Below are positions 17,149 through 27,500 of a stretch of 54,634 nucleotides of DNA, piece after piece; the first letter of the stretch is position 1; each line of letters opens with the position of its first letter. The translations under genes and the position numbers were made by a program. The notes under the pieces are model-generated. The model was not told the origin of the DNA and ran no database searches. It saw only the letters and a list, made by a program, of their open reading frames with translations. Source of the stretch: an uncultured Victivallales bacterium (lineage in GTDB: Bacteria; Verrucomicrobiota; Kiritimatiellia; UBA8416; JAIOPI01); assembly GCA_964635825.1 (NCBI GenBank), contig CAZWQJ010000008.1:1-54634 (forward strand), written 5' to 3'.

Positions 17149-18444
17149 TCAACCGTCCAGCAGCGGGAACGAACGCCCCAGCACCGGCGCGGCGGCCACG
17201 CCCAAATGGCGCTCCAACAGCGTCGCGTACACCGAGCGAAAATCCACCGCGTAACGCACATCGCCGCGATCGAGTTGATCCGGCTCAAGTGACGGATAGG
17301 CCCCCAGCACTCCCGCTTTTCCCGCGCCGCCCAAGAGCAGCACAGGCCCGGCCGCTCCATGGTCGGTGCCGCCATTCGCGTTCTCTTTCACGCGCCGCCC
17401 AAATTCGCTGAATACCATCACCCGCGTGCGCACCAGATTCCCCTGCGCGCGCAGATCCTGCACCAGAGCCTGCAACCCGTCGCCCAGTTCACGATACAAC
17501 CGCTCCTGCGCGCCCGCCTGGTTCGTGTGCGTGTCGAAGCCGCCCAGCGACAGATAGTAGACCCGCGCCGGCATCTGGCCCGCAATCAGACGCGCCACCA
17601 TGCCGCAGTCGCGCCCAAGTCCCGTCGTGGGAAACGCCACCTGGTTACGCACCCGCCCCTCGATCTCCGTCACCAACCGGGCCCCGTCCTGCGCCTCCCG
17701 CGCCGTCTGCTCCAGAAACGCCAGCGGCGATGTGCCGCCCGATGCACGCCCGCCCGCCAACATCCCGATCGACCCGCCCGCATCGCCCTCCTCGAACCCT
17801 TGCATCTCCTCCCACGCATCCATCCGCGCCGCATCCATGTCCTCATCCTTCGTCTGCCGAGGACCCCGTATGTGCAACTGCTTCGGTTGACGAAACGCCA
17901 GCGCCCGCGGCCGCTTCGCCGCAAACGCCTGTGGCTCCTGCGCCCCAATCGCCACCCCAAGCCCCCCGGCCCCCACCCCGCCGTACTGATCGAAGTAGCG
18001 CCCCAGCCAGCCCAGCGACTCATAGCGGTTCGCATCACTCGCCGTGTGCCAGATCTCCATCGACCGGAAATGCGAGCGGTTCGCATCCGGATACCCCACC
18101 GCATGCACCACCGACATCTGCCCCTCGTCATACAGGCCCTTCAGCCCAACCAACGCCGGATGCAACCCCGTGTCGTCCGTCAACCGGTGACAGCGCTCCG
18201 CCGCCAGCGCCAACTTCGGGCGCACGCGTCGATACGCATCGCTCGCCAGCGGCACCACCATATTCAAACCGTCGTTGCCGCCCGACAACTGCACCACCAC
18301 CAACAGCGGGGCCTCACCAGCCACCCCCGCCCCCCCGCCAGTCTCCGCGGCCGCCGCCAGCGCATTTGTGAATACACTCGGAACCAGGCACCCCGCCCCA
18401 CCACCAATTATTATCGTTTTTAAGAAACTGCGCCGAGAAGACAT
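17149..18444 (-). CDS. DUF1501 family protein (sulfatase-like fold) with Tat-type signal
   Basis: 431 aa. MSSRRSFLKTIIIGGGAG twin-arginine motif. LVVVQLSGGNDGLN...YYLSLGGFDTH...VMVFSEFGRR..EN...GTDHG. GGAAGGAAGG SD upstream. Confidence 0.85.
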   Translation of the reverse strand: MSSRRSFLKTIIIGGGAGCLVPSVFTNALAAAAETGGGAGVAGEAPLLVVVQLSGGNDGLNMVVPLASDAYRRVRPKLALAAERCHRLTDDTGLHPALVGLKGLYDEGQMSVVHAVGYPDANRSHFRSMEIWHTASDANRYESLGWLGRYFDQYGGVGAGGLGVAIGAQEPQAFAAKRPRALAFRQPKQLHIRGPRQTKDEDMDAARMDAWEEMQGFEEGDAGGSIGMLAGGRASGGTSPLAFLEQTAREAQDGARLVTEIEGRVRNQVAFPTTGLGRDCGMVARLIAGQMPARVYYLSLGGFDTHTNQAGAQERLYRELGDGLQALVQDLRAQGNLVRTRVMVFSEFGRRVKENANGGTDHGAAGPVLLLGGAGKAGVLGAYPSLEPDQLDRGDVRYAVDFRSVYATLLERHLGVAAAPVLGRSFPLLDG

Positions 18445-18465
18445 GCCCTCACCTTCCTTCCACCA

Positions 18466-19899
18466 TCAGCACAGCTGATACTGCGGGGTGGCCATCATGA
18501 ACGCCACGATTTCGGCCACTTCCGCGTCGCTCCACCCCTTCGGATCGCCCATCGGAGACAGGTATTTTCCGATGGCCTGCCCGACCTCCGGATCGACCTC
18601 GCCCTGAAACACCCGCCGCTCCAACGCCTGCTGCGCCGCCACCACGGTCTGACGCGCCTCCGCCGGCAAGATTCGCCCCCCATCCAGCACCGGCTTCCGT
18701 CGGCCGGGGCGATCCTTGCCGGAAAAGCCCTGCACCAGTGCCGGCGTGAGATTGAAGCGCAGCGCCAGGTTCGCCGCCGTGATCCAGGAGAAGCCGCCAT
18801 CCCACCCCTTGACGTTCGGGGGATCAAACAGATCCTGCCCCAGCTGACGAAGAATCAGCGCGCTACGCGGACCGGGCGGTGGCTCCAGCTCCAGCCCCCG
18901 CAACGCACCCACCAGCCACTGCACCGGCGACTTGATCTGCGTGCCCCGCGCGCCCGCCGCATAGAACTCCTCGCTCAAAAACATCGTGCGCAGCAGCGGC
19001 CGCAACTCGTAGTCATGCCGGCGCAGCGTCGCCCCCAGCGCCTGCACCAGCGCCGGCTCCGGATCCTCCGCCACAAAATACCGCCAGATCTTGCGGGCGA
19101 TGAACGCGGGCGCCTCCGCCTGGTCAAGAATGATCGCCACGATCTCGTCCCCGCCCAGCCGGCCCCGCGTGCCCAGAAAGGTCTTCTCCCCATCGTCATG
19201 CATGCGCGGGCGAAGCTCAAAGACCATCCGATCGCGCGCGATCGACCACCCCGTCAGCGCCCGCGCCGCCGCCTTCACGTCCTCCTCGCCATAGCGCCCC
19301 TCGCCCAGCGTGAACAGCTCCATCAACTCCCGGGCCAGGTTCTCATTCGGCGCCTTGGCGCGGCTCTGGGCATTGTCGAGGTAGATCAGCATCGCCGGTT
19401 CGCGCACCGCCGCCTTCACCAACGCGCGCCAGTTGCCGGCCGCGTGCTGCCGATACGTCTCGTTCTGCCGGTACATCGCATAGGGCGAACGCACTTTGCG
19501 AATGCCGGAAGCAAAGTGCCCATGCCAGAACAGGGTCAGCTTCTCTTGCAGCGGCGCCCGGGTCCCCACCATGCGCGCCACCCACCAGCGGCGCAACTCC
19601 GCCATCTGCTCGCGCTGCTCCAGCCGCATCGCGTCCAACCGCTTTCGACGCTCCGCCTCCGGCAACGCGCGCAATTCCTTCAGCGTGGGCCTTGCATCCG
19701 CCCCGTCCGCCAGCACCCATCCCGGCAGCGCCGTCTCGTCCGTCTTGGGATCAAAATCCACCAGGCTCGCGACGGCCTCCGTCGGCGTCATGTCCGTCAG
19801 CCGCGCGATCTCCGCCGGCGTCCCCCCGAAGCCCGCCCGCTGCGCCAAGTGCCCCGCCGTTGCCACTGTCCACGCACCGCGCCCAATCGGATTCAGCAT
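18466..19899 (-). CDS. DUF1800 family protein
   Basis: LTLFWHGHFAS, YRQNETYRQHA, LIYLDNAQS, NENLARELMELFTLG. I placed the start at ATG 19899 (AAGGAGG 9 nt upstream) rather than the ORF-track GTG 19956. Confidence 0.85.
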   Translation of the reverse strand: MLNPIGRGAWTVATAGHLAQRAGFGGTPAEIARLTDMTPTEAVASLVDFDPKTDETALPGWVLADGADARPTLKELRALPEAERRKRLDAMRLEQREQMAELRRWWVARMVGTRAPLQEKLTLFWHGHFASGIRKVRSPYAMYRQNETYRQHAAGNWRALVKAAVREPAMLIYLDNAQSRAKAPNENLARELMELFTLGEGRYGEEDVKAAARALTGWSIARDRMVFELRPRMHDDGEKTFLGTRGRLGGDEIVAIILDQAEAPAFIARKIWRYFVAEDPEPALVQALGATLRRHDYELRPLLRTMFLSEEFYAAGARGTQIKSPVQWLVGALRGLELEPPPGPRSALILRQLGQDLFDPPNVKGWDGGFSWITAANLALRFNLTPALVQGFSGKDRPGRRKPVLDGGRILPAEARQTVVAAQQALERRVFQGEVDPEVGQAIGKYLSPMGDPKGWSDAEVAEIVAFMMATPQYQLC

Positions 19900-20041
19900 C
19901 GCCAACGCCCTCCTTGCCTGCCCCCGTCGCTCCGCGGACTCCCCGCATGCTATCACTTAACGCACCCACCACACGCCTTATTGCCCCATTTCATCCCTGG
20001 GCTTCTGGACTCACTTCCGCCGCATGTGATATCGTTATGGT

Positions 20042-23000
20042 GTGATCAAGCGCACAGGCTGTTTGATAGTGGCCATGGCCCTCCTCGCCACTCGCTCCCT
20101 TCAGGCGGGCAATGTGGCCGGAACCCTTTCCACCCACACCACCTGGACCACCAATGGCAGCCCCTACGTCGTCGTCGCCCCACTCACCGTCGCCACCAGC
20201 GTCACCCTCCGGATCGAGCCCGGCGTCGCCGTCCAGTTTCTCACCAATGGCCTCCTCACCGTCCGCGGCTCGCTCCTGGCCGAAGGCACCCCAGCCAACC
20301 CCATTGCCTTCACCCGACACCCGTCCGTATCCAATCGCGGCGGCCTCGTCATCGACGGCGGCGACTTCTCCCTCTCCGCCACCGGCTCCTTTGTCCACTG
20401 CGCCTTCAGCGAGTTGCAGGCATCTCCCGGCGCCGTCAGCGCCTACTACGCCCAGTTCCGCGTGGAAGACTGCACGGTCAGCAACATCGTCGGCACCGCC
20501 ATCAAACCGTTCGATTCGCGCATCGTCCTCGTACGCAATGACATCCACGACACCGGCGAGTCCGTCAACGCCGTTCGCTGTGCCGGCACCATCGCCTCCA
20601 ACTACATCCACCATGTCGATGGCAACGCCGACGCCGTCGATATCGACTTCGGCTGGACCGGGCCAGGCGCCGGCGACCTGATCATCGAGTGGAACCGTAT
20701 CGAAGGTGGCGCCCACAGCAATGCCGACGGCATCGACTTCGGCACCACCGCCAACACCATCGCCCGCTATAACCGCGTCTACGACTTCGGCGACAAAGGC
20801 TTCTCCATCGGCGAAATGTCGCAGCTCCTCGCCTACAACAACCTCATCTACGATTGCGTCAACGGCGTCGCCATCAAGGACAGTTCCACACCCGTCCTCA
20901 TGAACTTCACCATCGAGGGCTGCACCGTCGGCGTCAATAGCTACGAGAAAAGTGCCGGCCTCGGCGGCGGCCTCGGCTCCATCACCAATTTCCTCATCGC
21001 CGATTGCGCCACGCCCATCCTGCTCGACGCCAAATCCCGCCTCGATGTCGGCTTCTCCGTCTTTTCGGGCAACACCGCCTGGCCCGGCCCCGGCAACCGC
21101 ACCGGCGACCCCGCCTTCGTCGATGCGCCCAACGACGACTTCCGACTCCGCCCCGGTTCCGCTGCCATCGACAACGCCACCAACCAACCCTGGATGGCTG
21201 GCGAATCCGATCTCGACGGCCACCCCCGCGTGATCGGCGCCAATCCCGACGCCGGCACCTTCGAGTTCCAGCCCGGGACCCTCACCGCCTTCTTCACCGC
21301 CTCACCCCTCTCCGGCGTCAACCCGCTCGTCGTCACCTTCACCGCCCATGTCGAGGGCACCAACACGTCCACCCGCACCTACGCCTGGGATTTCGAGGCC
21401 GACGGCAGCCCCGATGCCATCGGCACCGGACTGCAAGTCGCCACCAACACCTACACCACCTACGGCCCCCACAGCATCGCCCTGACCGTCTCCAACACCA
21501 TCGGCGAGACCGACACCATCATGCGCACCAACTACGTCACGGTCTCAGGCCCGCCCAACGTCTATGTCTCGCCCACCGGCAGCAACATCTTCCCCTATGC
21601 CTCCTGGTCTACCGCCGCCACCAACCCGCTCGATGCCGTGGCCGTCGGCTACGGCGGCACCGCCATCTGGATCACCAACGGCACCTACACCCTCGACGCC
21701 ACCCTCACGCTGTCCGAAGACATCCAACTCCGCGGCGTCGGCGATCCGGCGGCCACGATCCTCCACGGCCGCGACTCCATCCGCGTCGCCCACTTGAATC
21801 ACACCAATGCCGCCATCCAGGGTGTGACCCTCACCGGCGGCACGGCCGCCACCGGCGCCGGACTTCTGGCCACCAAGGGGCGCGCGTTGGACTGCATCAT
21901 CGCCGGCAACACCGCCACGAGCCAGGGCGGCGGCGTCTACCTCCTCGCCGGCGCCACCCTCGATGGCTGTCTCATCTCCAACAACACCTCCACCGCGGAG
22001 GGCGGTGGCCTCTACGCTGCCGGCGGGGGGCTCGTCCAACGCTCTCGCATCGTCAACAACCGCTGCACCGGCGCCACGTTCGACGGCGGCGGCCTCTACC
22101 TCAGCAGCGGCGGCACCGCCTACAGCTGCCTGATCACCGACAACCAGTCCGCCGACCGCGGCGGCGGCGCCTACCTGTTCGCCGGCGGCACCCTCGATGG
22201 CTGCACCCTCACGCGCAACACCGCCGCCAGCCACGGCGGCGGCATTCGCGCCTACAACGGCGGCACCACCCGCAACACCATCGCCTACGGCAATACCGCC
22301 CCGAACAATACCAACATCAACAACGACGCCGGCACGTTCTCCTACACCTGCACCATCCCCGCCATCGCCGGCACAGGCAACATCGCCACTGATCCGCTCT
22401 TCACCAGCGCCACCGACCTCCACCTCCTCCCCAGCTCCCCCTGCATCGATGCCGGCGCCAGCCAGTCATGGATGTCAGGCGCCACCGACCTCGACGGACA
22501 CAGCCGCATCGATGGCCCACGCCCCGACATGGGCGCCTTCGAAGCCGCCTCCTTCCGCGCCGACTTCACCGCCACCCCCACCTCCGGCTTCGCACCACTC
22601 GATGTCACCTTCTCCGCCAGCGCCTCCGGCTCCAATACAACCGGGGTCGTTTACCGTTGGGATTTCGAGGCCGACAGCACCGTGGACCGCCAGGGCAGCG
22701 CACTATCACCCGTCACCAACCGCTACACCATCCATGGCCTCTACGATGTCATCCTGGTCGCCAGCAATGCCGCCGGGGATGTATTCACCCGTCGCCGCAA
22801 CGCCGCCGTCTATGTCTCGCCCGAAACCCTCTACGTCTCGCGCACCGGCTCCCATGCCTCCCCCTTCGCCACCTGGGATACCGCCGCCACCAACATCCAG
22901 ACCGCCATCGACACCGCCCTGACCGGCGCCCGCATCCTCGTCGCCGCCGACACCTATCCGCTCGCCGCGCCCATCCTGCTGAACAAGGCCGTCACCCTCA

Positions 23001-24370
23001 CCGCTGACGCGCCCCCCACCACCCTGCTGGCCGGCAATGGCTACCGCGCCCTGACCCTCTCCACAGCCGGCGCCGTCCTCGATGGATTCACCGTCACCGG
23101 CGGGTCCACCACCAATGGCGGCGGCCTCTACCTGTCCGCCGCCGGCACCATCCAGAATTGCCTCATCGCCAACAATAGCGCCACCAACGGTGGCGGTATC
23201 TATCTCACCGGCGGCGGCACCCTCCTCAACTGCATCCTCTCCAACAACGTCTCCGTCTCCCGCGGCGGCGGGCTCTTCATCCTCAACGGCGGCACCGCCC
23301 AAACCTGCACCTTCGCCAACAACCGCTCCACCACCTCCGATGGCGGCGGCGCCAACGTCGAGACGACCGGCTTTGTCTACGACAGCACCTTCCGCGACAA
23401 CACCGCCTCCGACGATGGCGGTGGCATCCACATGCAAAACGCCGGCTCCGTCCGCCGCAGCCTATTCCGCGGCAACCAGGCCGCGGACAATGGCGGCGGC
23501 CTCTTCCTGCGGTCCACCAGCGTGGCCGAGTCCTGCTTGGCCTACGGCAATCGCGCGGTGCGCGGCGGCGGCGGTGCCACCCAGAATGGCGGCACCTTCG
23601 AGAACAGCACCATCGTCACCAATGCCGCCACCATCGCCGGCGGCGGCCTCTATGCGGTCGTCGCGGGCGCCAGCTACAACACCATCTATGTCGGCAACAC
23701 CGCCCCCTTCAACCCAAACTGCGGGGTCTCCAACACCACCACGCACACCTTCCAGCACTGCATGCTGTTCCCCCTCACGAATGGCACCGGCAACACCGCC
23801 GACAACCCCAACTTCGTCAACGCTCCAGCCGGCGACTACCACCTCAGCGCCATCTCCCCCGCCATCGACGCCGGAACCAACCGCAACGCCAGCACCACCG
23901 ACTTCGATGGCATCCCCCGCCCCCTCGACGGCGATTACAACGACCTCCCCACCACCGATATCGGTGCCTTCGAGTTCGTTCACCCCCTCGCCGATTCCGA
24001 CGGCGACCACATGCCCGATGCCTGGGAACTCGGCAACGCCCTCTACCCCATCCTGCCCGACGGCTCCGCCGACTCCGATGCCGATGACGCCAACAATTAC
24101 GCCGAATACGTCGCCGGCACCTCCCCCCATGACCCCAACGAGACGCTGCGCATCTCCAGCCTCGCTCAACCCCAGCCGCAAACCCTGCAACTGTCCTGGG
24201 ATTCCGTCAGCGGCCGCTGGTACACCGTCTATGCATCCACCAACCTGACTGGCCCCTGGAGCAACATCCAGGAACTGGCCGGCCATGATGGCCCCCTCAC
24301 CGTCACCAACGAACACGGATTCACCCTACCCAGGGAGTTCCTTCGTATCGGCGTGAAGATCGCCCCATGA
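20042..24370 (+). CDS. 1442-aa secreted right-handed beta-helix protein (three helix modules with choice-of-anchor-Q-like caps, two PKD domains, Asp-rich Ca-binding-like linker, C-terminal module)
   Basis: Signal MIKRTGCLIVAMALLATRSLQA. Many ~23-aa GGG[LVAI]Y...N repeats. Three caps of the type DP.F......D..L...S..IDAG......D.DG..R......D.GAFE. PKD domains lie at roughly 21270-21550 and 22550-22815 (..F.A.P.SG..PL.V.F.A........Y.WDFEADG..). Confidence 0.85.
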   Translation: MIKRTGCLIVAMALLATRSLQAGNVAGTLSTHTTWTTNGSPYVVVAPLTVATSVTLRIEPGVAVQFLTNGLLTVRGSLLAEGTPANPIAFTRHPSVSNRGGLVIDGGDFSLSATGSFVHCAFSELQASPGAVSAYYAQFRVEDCTVSNIVGTAIKPFDSRIVLVRNDIHDTGESVNAVRCAGTIASNYIHHVDGNADAVDIDFGWTGPGAGDLIIEWNRIEGGAHSNADGIDFGTTANTIARYNRVYDFGDKGFSIGEMSQLLAYNNLIYDCVNGVAIKDSSTPVLMNFTIEGCTVGVNSYEKSAGLGGGLGSITNFLIADCATPILLDAKSRLDVGFSVFSGNTAWPGPGNRTGDPAFVDAPNDDFRLRPGSAAIDNATNQPWMAGESDLDGHPRVIGANPDAGTFEFQPGTLTAFFTASPLSGVNPLVVTFTAHVEGTNTSTRTYAWDFEADGSPDAIGTGLQVATNTYTTYGPHSIALTVSNTIGETDTIMRTNYVTVSGPPNVYVSPTGSNIFPYASWSTAATNPLDAVAVGYGGTAIWITNGTYTLDATLTLSEDIQLRGVGDPAATILHGRDSIRVAHLNHTNAAIQGVTLTGGTAATGAGLLATKGRALDCIIAGNTATSQGGGVYLLAGATLDGCLISNNTSTAEGGGLYAAGGGLVQRSRIVNNRCTGATFDGGGLYLSSGGTAYSCLITDNQSADRGGGAYLFAGGTLDGCTLTRNTAASHGGGIRAYNGGTTRNTIAYGNTAPNNTNINNDAGTFSYTCTIPAIAGTGNIATDPLFTSATDLHLLPSSPCIDAGASQSWMSGATDLDGHSRIDGPRPDMGAFEAASFRADFTATPTSGFAPLDVTFSASASGSNTTGVVYRWDFEADSTVDRQGSALSPVTNRYTIHGLYDVILVASNAAGDVFTRRRNAAVYVSPETLYVSRTGSHASPFATWDTAATNIQTAIDTALTGARILVAADTYPLAAPILLNKAVTLTADAPPTTLLAGNGYRALTLSTAGAVLDGFTVTGGSTTNGGGLYLSAAGTIQNCLIANNSATNGGGIYLTGGGTLLNCILSNNVSVSRGGGLFILNGGTAQTCTFANNRSTTSDGGGANVETTGFVYDSTFRDNTASDDGGGIHMQNAGSVRRSLFRGNQAADNGGGLFLRSTSVAESCLAYGNRAVRGGGGATQNGGTFENSTIVTNAATIAGGGLYAVVAGASYNTIYVGNTAPFNPNCGVSNTTTHTFQHCMLFPLTNGTGNTADNPNFVNAPAGDYHLSAISPAIDAGTNRNASTTDFDGIPRPLDGDYNDLPTTDIGAFEFVHPLADSDGDHMPDAWELGNALYPILPDGSADSDADDANNYAEYVAGTSPHDPNETLRISSLAQPQPQTLQLSWDSVSGRWYTVYASTNLTGPWSNIQELAGHDGPLTVTNEHGFTLPREFLRIGVKIAP

Positions 24371-24382
24371 CCACCATTTAAC

Positions 24383-24443
24383 GCGCGGGTGGAACACCCG
24401 CGCCACAGCCGGCAGCGGGGCGCCTCGCCCCGCTGCCGGCTGT
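24383..24443 (+). terminator. Tandem GC hairpins downstream of the 1442-aa gene (9-bp stem, then 18-bp perfect stem)
   Basis: GCGCGGGTG-gaa-CACCCGCGC (24383-24403), then ACAGCCGGCAGCGGGGCG-cct-CGCCCCGCTGCCGGCTGT (24405-24443), followed by TGTCAAGG. There is no clear U-tract. Confidence 0.45.
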
Positions 24444-24486
24444 TGTCAAGGAATTGTAAAATCGGCACTTATGACGACGGACGCCA

Positions 24487-24516
24487 TTGCAGCAGCCCCA
24501 TCAGGACTGGTATTAT
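24487..24516 (+). promoter_or_regulatory. Candidate sigma70-type promoter for the LTD/CotH giant gene
   Basis: TTGCAG (24487-92), an 18-nt spacer and TGgTATTAT (extended -10; hexamer 24511-16) sit in a locally AT-rich patch. GGAGG is at 24525-29 and ATG at 24538. Confidence 0.35.
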
Positions 24517-24537
24517 AATGTCACGGAGGCCAAGGGA

Positions 24538-27500
24538 ATGACACCACGTTCACGCGTCTGGTCAGCAGTTCGGCGGTTGGGGGCCCGTCACCGCGGGACC
24601 CTAGCCGTCCTCGCCACGGCATCCCTCCTCATCGCCCCGGGCGCACGCGCCGCCGACTCGGACGTCGTGATCAACGAGATCATGTACAACCCCTACGAGT
24701 CCTGGCCCGCCTCCCAGCCCTTCCCCTCCACCAACGCCACCCAATACGTCGAACTCTACAACGTCGGCACCTCCGTCGTGGACCTCACCCAGTTCCGCTT
24801 CGACACCGGCATCACCTTCTCCTTCACCAACGGTACCCTCGGCCCCCAATCCCTGCTCGTCGTCTGCGAGGACGTCGCCTCCTTCCTCGCCGCCTACCCC
24901 ACCGTCACCAACGTCGTCGGCAACTTCAGCGGCAGCCTCGACAACGCCGGCGAACGCGTCACCCTCTCCCGCCTCGTCGATGGCAACTGGGTCACCGCCG
25001 ATACCATCAAGTACTTCGACGATGACTCCAGCGACGGCACCGGCCGCTCCCTCGAACTCGTCCACCCCGGCTTCGCACGCATGCGCAACCAGAGCTTCAC
25101 CGACTGGGTCGCCTCCGCCAGCACCAACGGCAGCCCCGGCCGAACCAACGCCATGTACCGCTCCAACCCCACACCCATCGTCGCCGATGTCACCCCAGAC
25201 ACCGCACTCCCCCCCGCCGGCTCCAACTCCGCCGTCAAAATCACCGCCCGCATCACCGGCCGCGACGGCGATGCCATGTCCTCCGTCTCGCTCGAGTATC
25301 GCAAGGACGCCAACCCCCAGGGCCTCTACACCAACACCCCCATGATCGACACCGGCCTGGGCGGCGACGCCATAGCCGGCGATGGCGTCTACACGGCCTA
25401 CCTCCCCCCCTACGATAGCGGCATGGTCATGGCCAACGGCGAAATGCTCGAATTTCGCATCCGCGCCACCGACAACGTCGGCACCAGCCCCTATTTCCCC
25501 GCCACCAACCGCGCCAGCGCCCGCGCCGGGGCCTATTCCTACCTCGTCAAATTCGGCGAGGAAAGCCACTCCGGCGAAGCCTACCCGGGCGAGTACCCCA
25601 CTTATCACATGTTGATGAACAAGGTGAACCGCGACCAACTCCAACTCCCCGCCAACATCCAAAACCAGATCCCCTGGGATGCCACCATCGTCCTGCCCGA
25701 CGATACCGTCGTCTACAACAGCTCCGTCCGCCTCCGCGGCAGCGGCTCGCGCGTCTCCACCCTCGGCAACTACCGCATCAACCTCCCCAGCGGCGTCCTC
25801 TTCGAAGAATTCGACGAACTCAACCTCAACCACGAGTACGCCTTGGCCCAGTTCATGGGCATGGACGTCACCGCACGCTCCGGCGCCATGGCCTCCGACG
25901 TCGCCCTATCCCGCGTATACCTCAATGAGGAACTCAAGAACCCCGGCCAGGGCATCTACTGCCGTGTCGAGGGCGTCGACGGCTCCTACATCGATCGCCA
26001 CATCGGCGACACCGACATCCAGGGCAACGTCTACAACACCACCGGCGCTGACGGTGCTGAAAGCCGCTACGGCGACCTCACCTTCAACTCCAGCGTCAGC
26101 TGGTACCCATCCCAGTACCTCATCTCCCTCAACAACCCCAACACCGCCTGGTATGCCCTCCAGGACCTCACCTCCTACCTCACCAACGTCGTCAACGGCG
26201 AAGTCCGCAATATCACCAACCGCGTCAGCGTCACCAATTGGGGCAAGATCTACGCCGCCTCCGTCGCTGTCGATAACTCGGAATACGGCTACTACGCCAT
26301 CAGCGGCGGCGCCGACGAATTGCGCACCTATGACGACCCCTACTCGCGCCAGTTCTTGATGATGCCCTGGGACTACAGCGATGCCCTTGGCATGGGCGCA
26401 TCCGACGGCACCGTCGGCAGCATCTGGGGCTTCAGCTTCACCGTCATCCCCTCCTTCCTCTACAACCGCCCCATCCTCCCCATCTACCTCGGCGGCCTCG
26501 TCGATGTCGTCACCGACACCATGTCCGATGCCAACATGGCCGCCATGTTCACCCGAATGGGCAGCAAAATGTCCGCCATCAACCGCCAGAATGTGTCCAA
26601 CGATGTCGTCGGCATCCGCGCCTCCGTCATGAGCCAGATCTTCACGAACATCACCGTCACCGGACTGCCGGATGGTGCCCGCACCCTCACCGTCCCCACA
26701 ACCAACATGGGGCAAAACGTCAGCGCCGTCATCGATCAGAACCACTCGCCCGCCCAGTGGTTCCCGGTCGGCGCCATCAACGTCCCACCCGCCGGCGGCG
26801 GCTCTGTCACCCTCACCCGCATCCGCCCTCAGCCCATCACCGAAACCATCGCGGACGCCATCATGTTCTCCAACACCATCACCGGCGCCAGCGTCATCCT
26901 CGACGACGGCCAGTCCGGGTTCGGCGTCACCGGCACTTGGACCACGTCCCCCACCGGCGGCTATGCCGGCGGCGGATTCCGCTACTCCACCACCGGCGGT
27001 AGCACCTCCACTTGGGCGCCTCCCAGTCTCCCCTCCGGCTCCTACCAGATCTACGCCTGGCTCTTCGTCAGCCCGATCAGCGTCGATGGCAGCGAAACCG
27101 GTGCCCGCTACGACCTCATCGGCGGCCAGCCCCATGTCGTCCTGACCAGCCTCACCGGACGCGGCCCCCAGAACTACACCCAGCGCATGGCCGTGAACGA
27201 CAACCCCGTGAACTGGAATATCCGCGCCAACGGCAACCTCGGCGCCTGGTCCGTCACCAATTCCATCGCCATCGCCGGCGAAGTCGTGGATGTCGTCGTT
27301 CGCGCCGTCGATCTCGACAACAACACCCTCAAATCGTTCTCATTCAAAGCCATCGGTCGCCGCTCCCCAACAGTTGTCCAAGGCACCATCGCCAGCCCCA
27401 CCACCTGGTCGTCCGGCAGCGGCATCGTCCTCGTCACCAACAACGTCACCGTCAACTCCGGCATCACACTCGCCGTGGATCCCGGCACCGTCGTCCTCTT

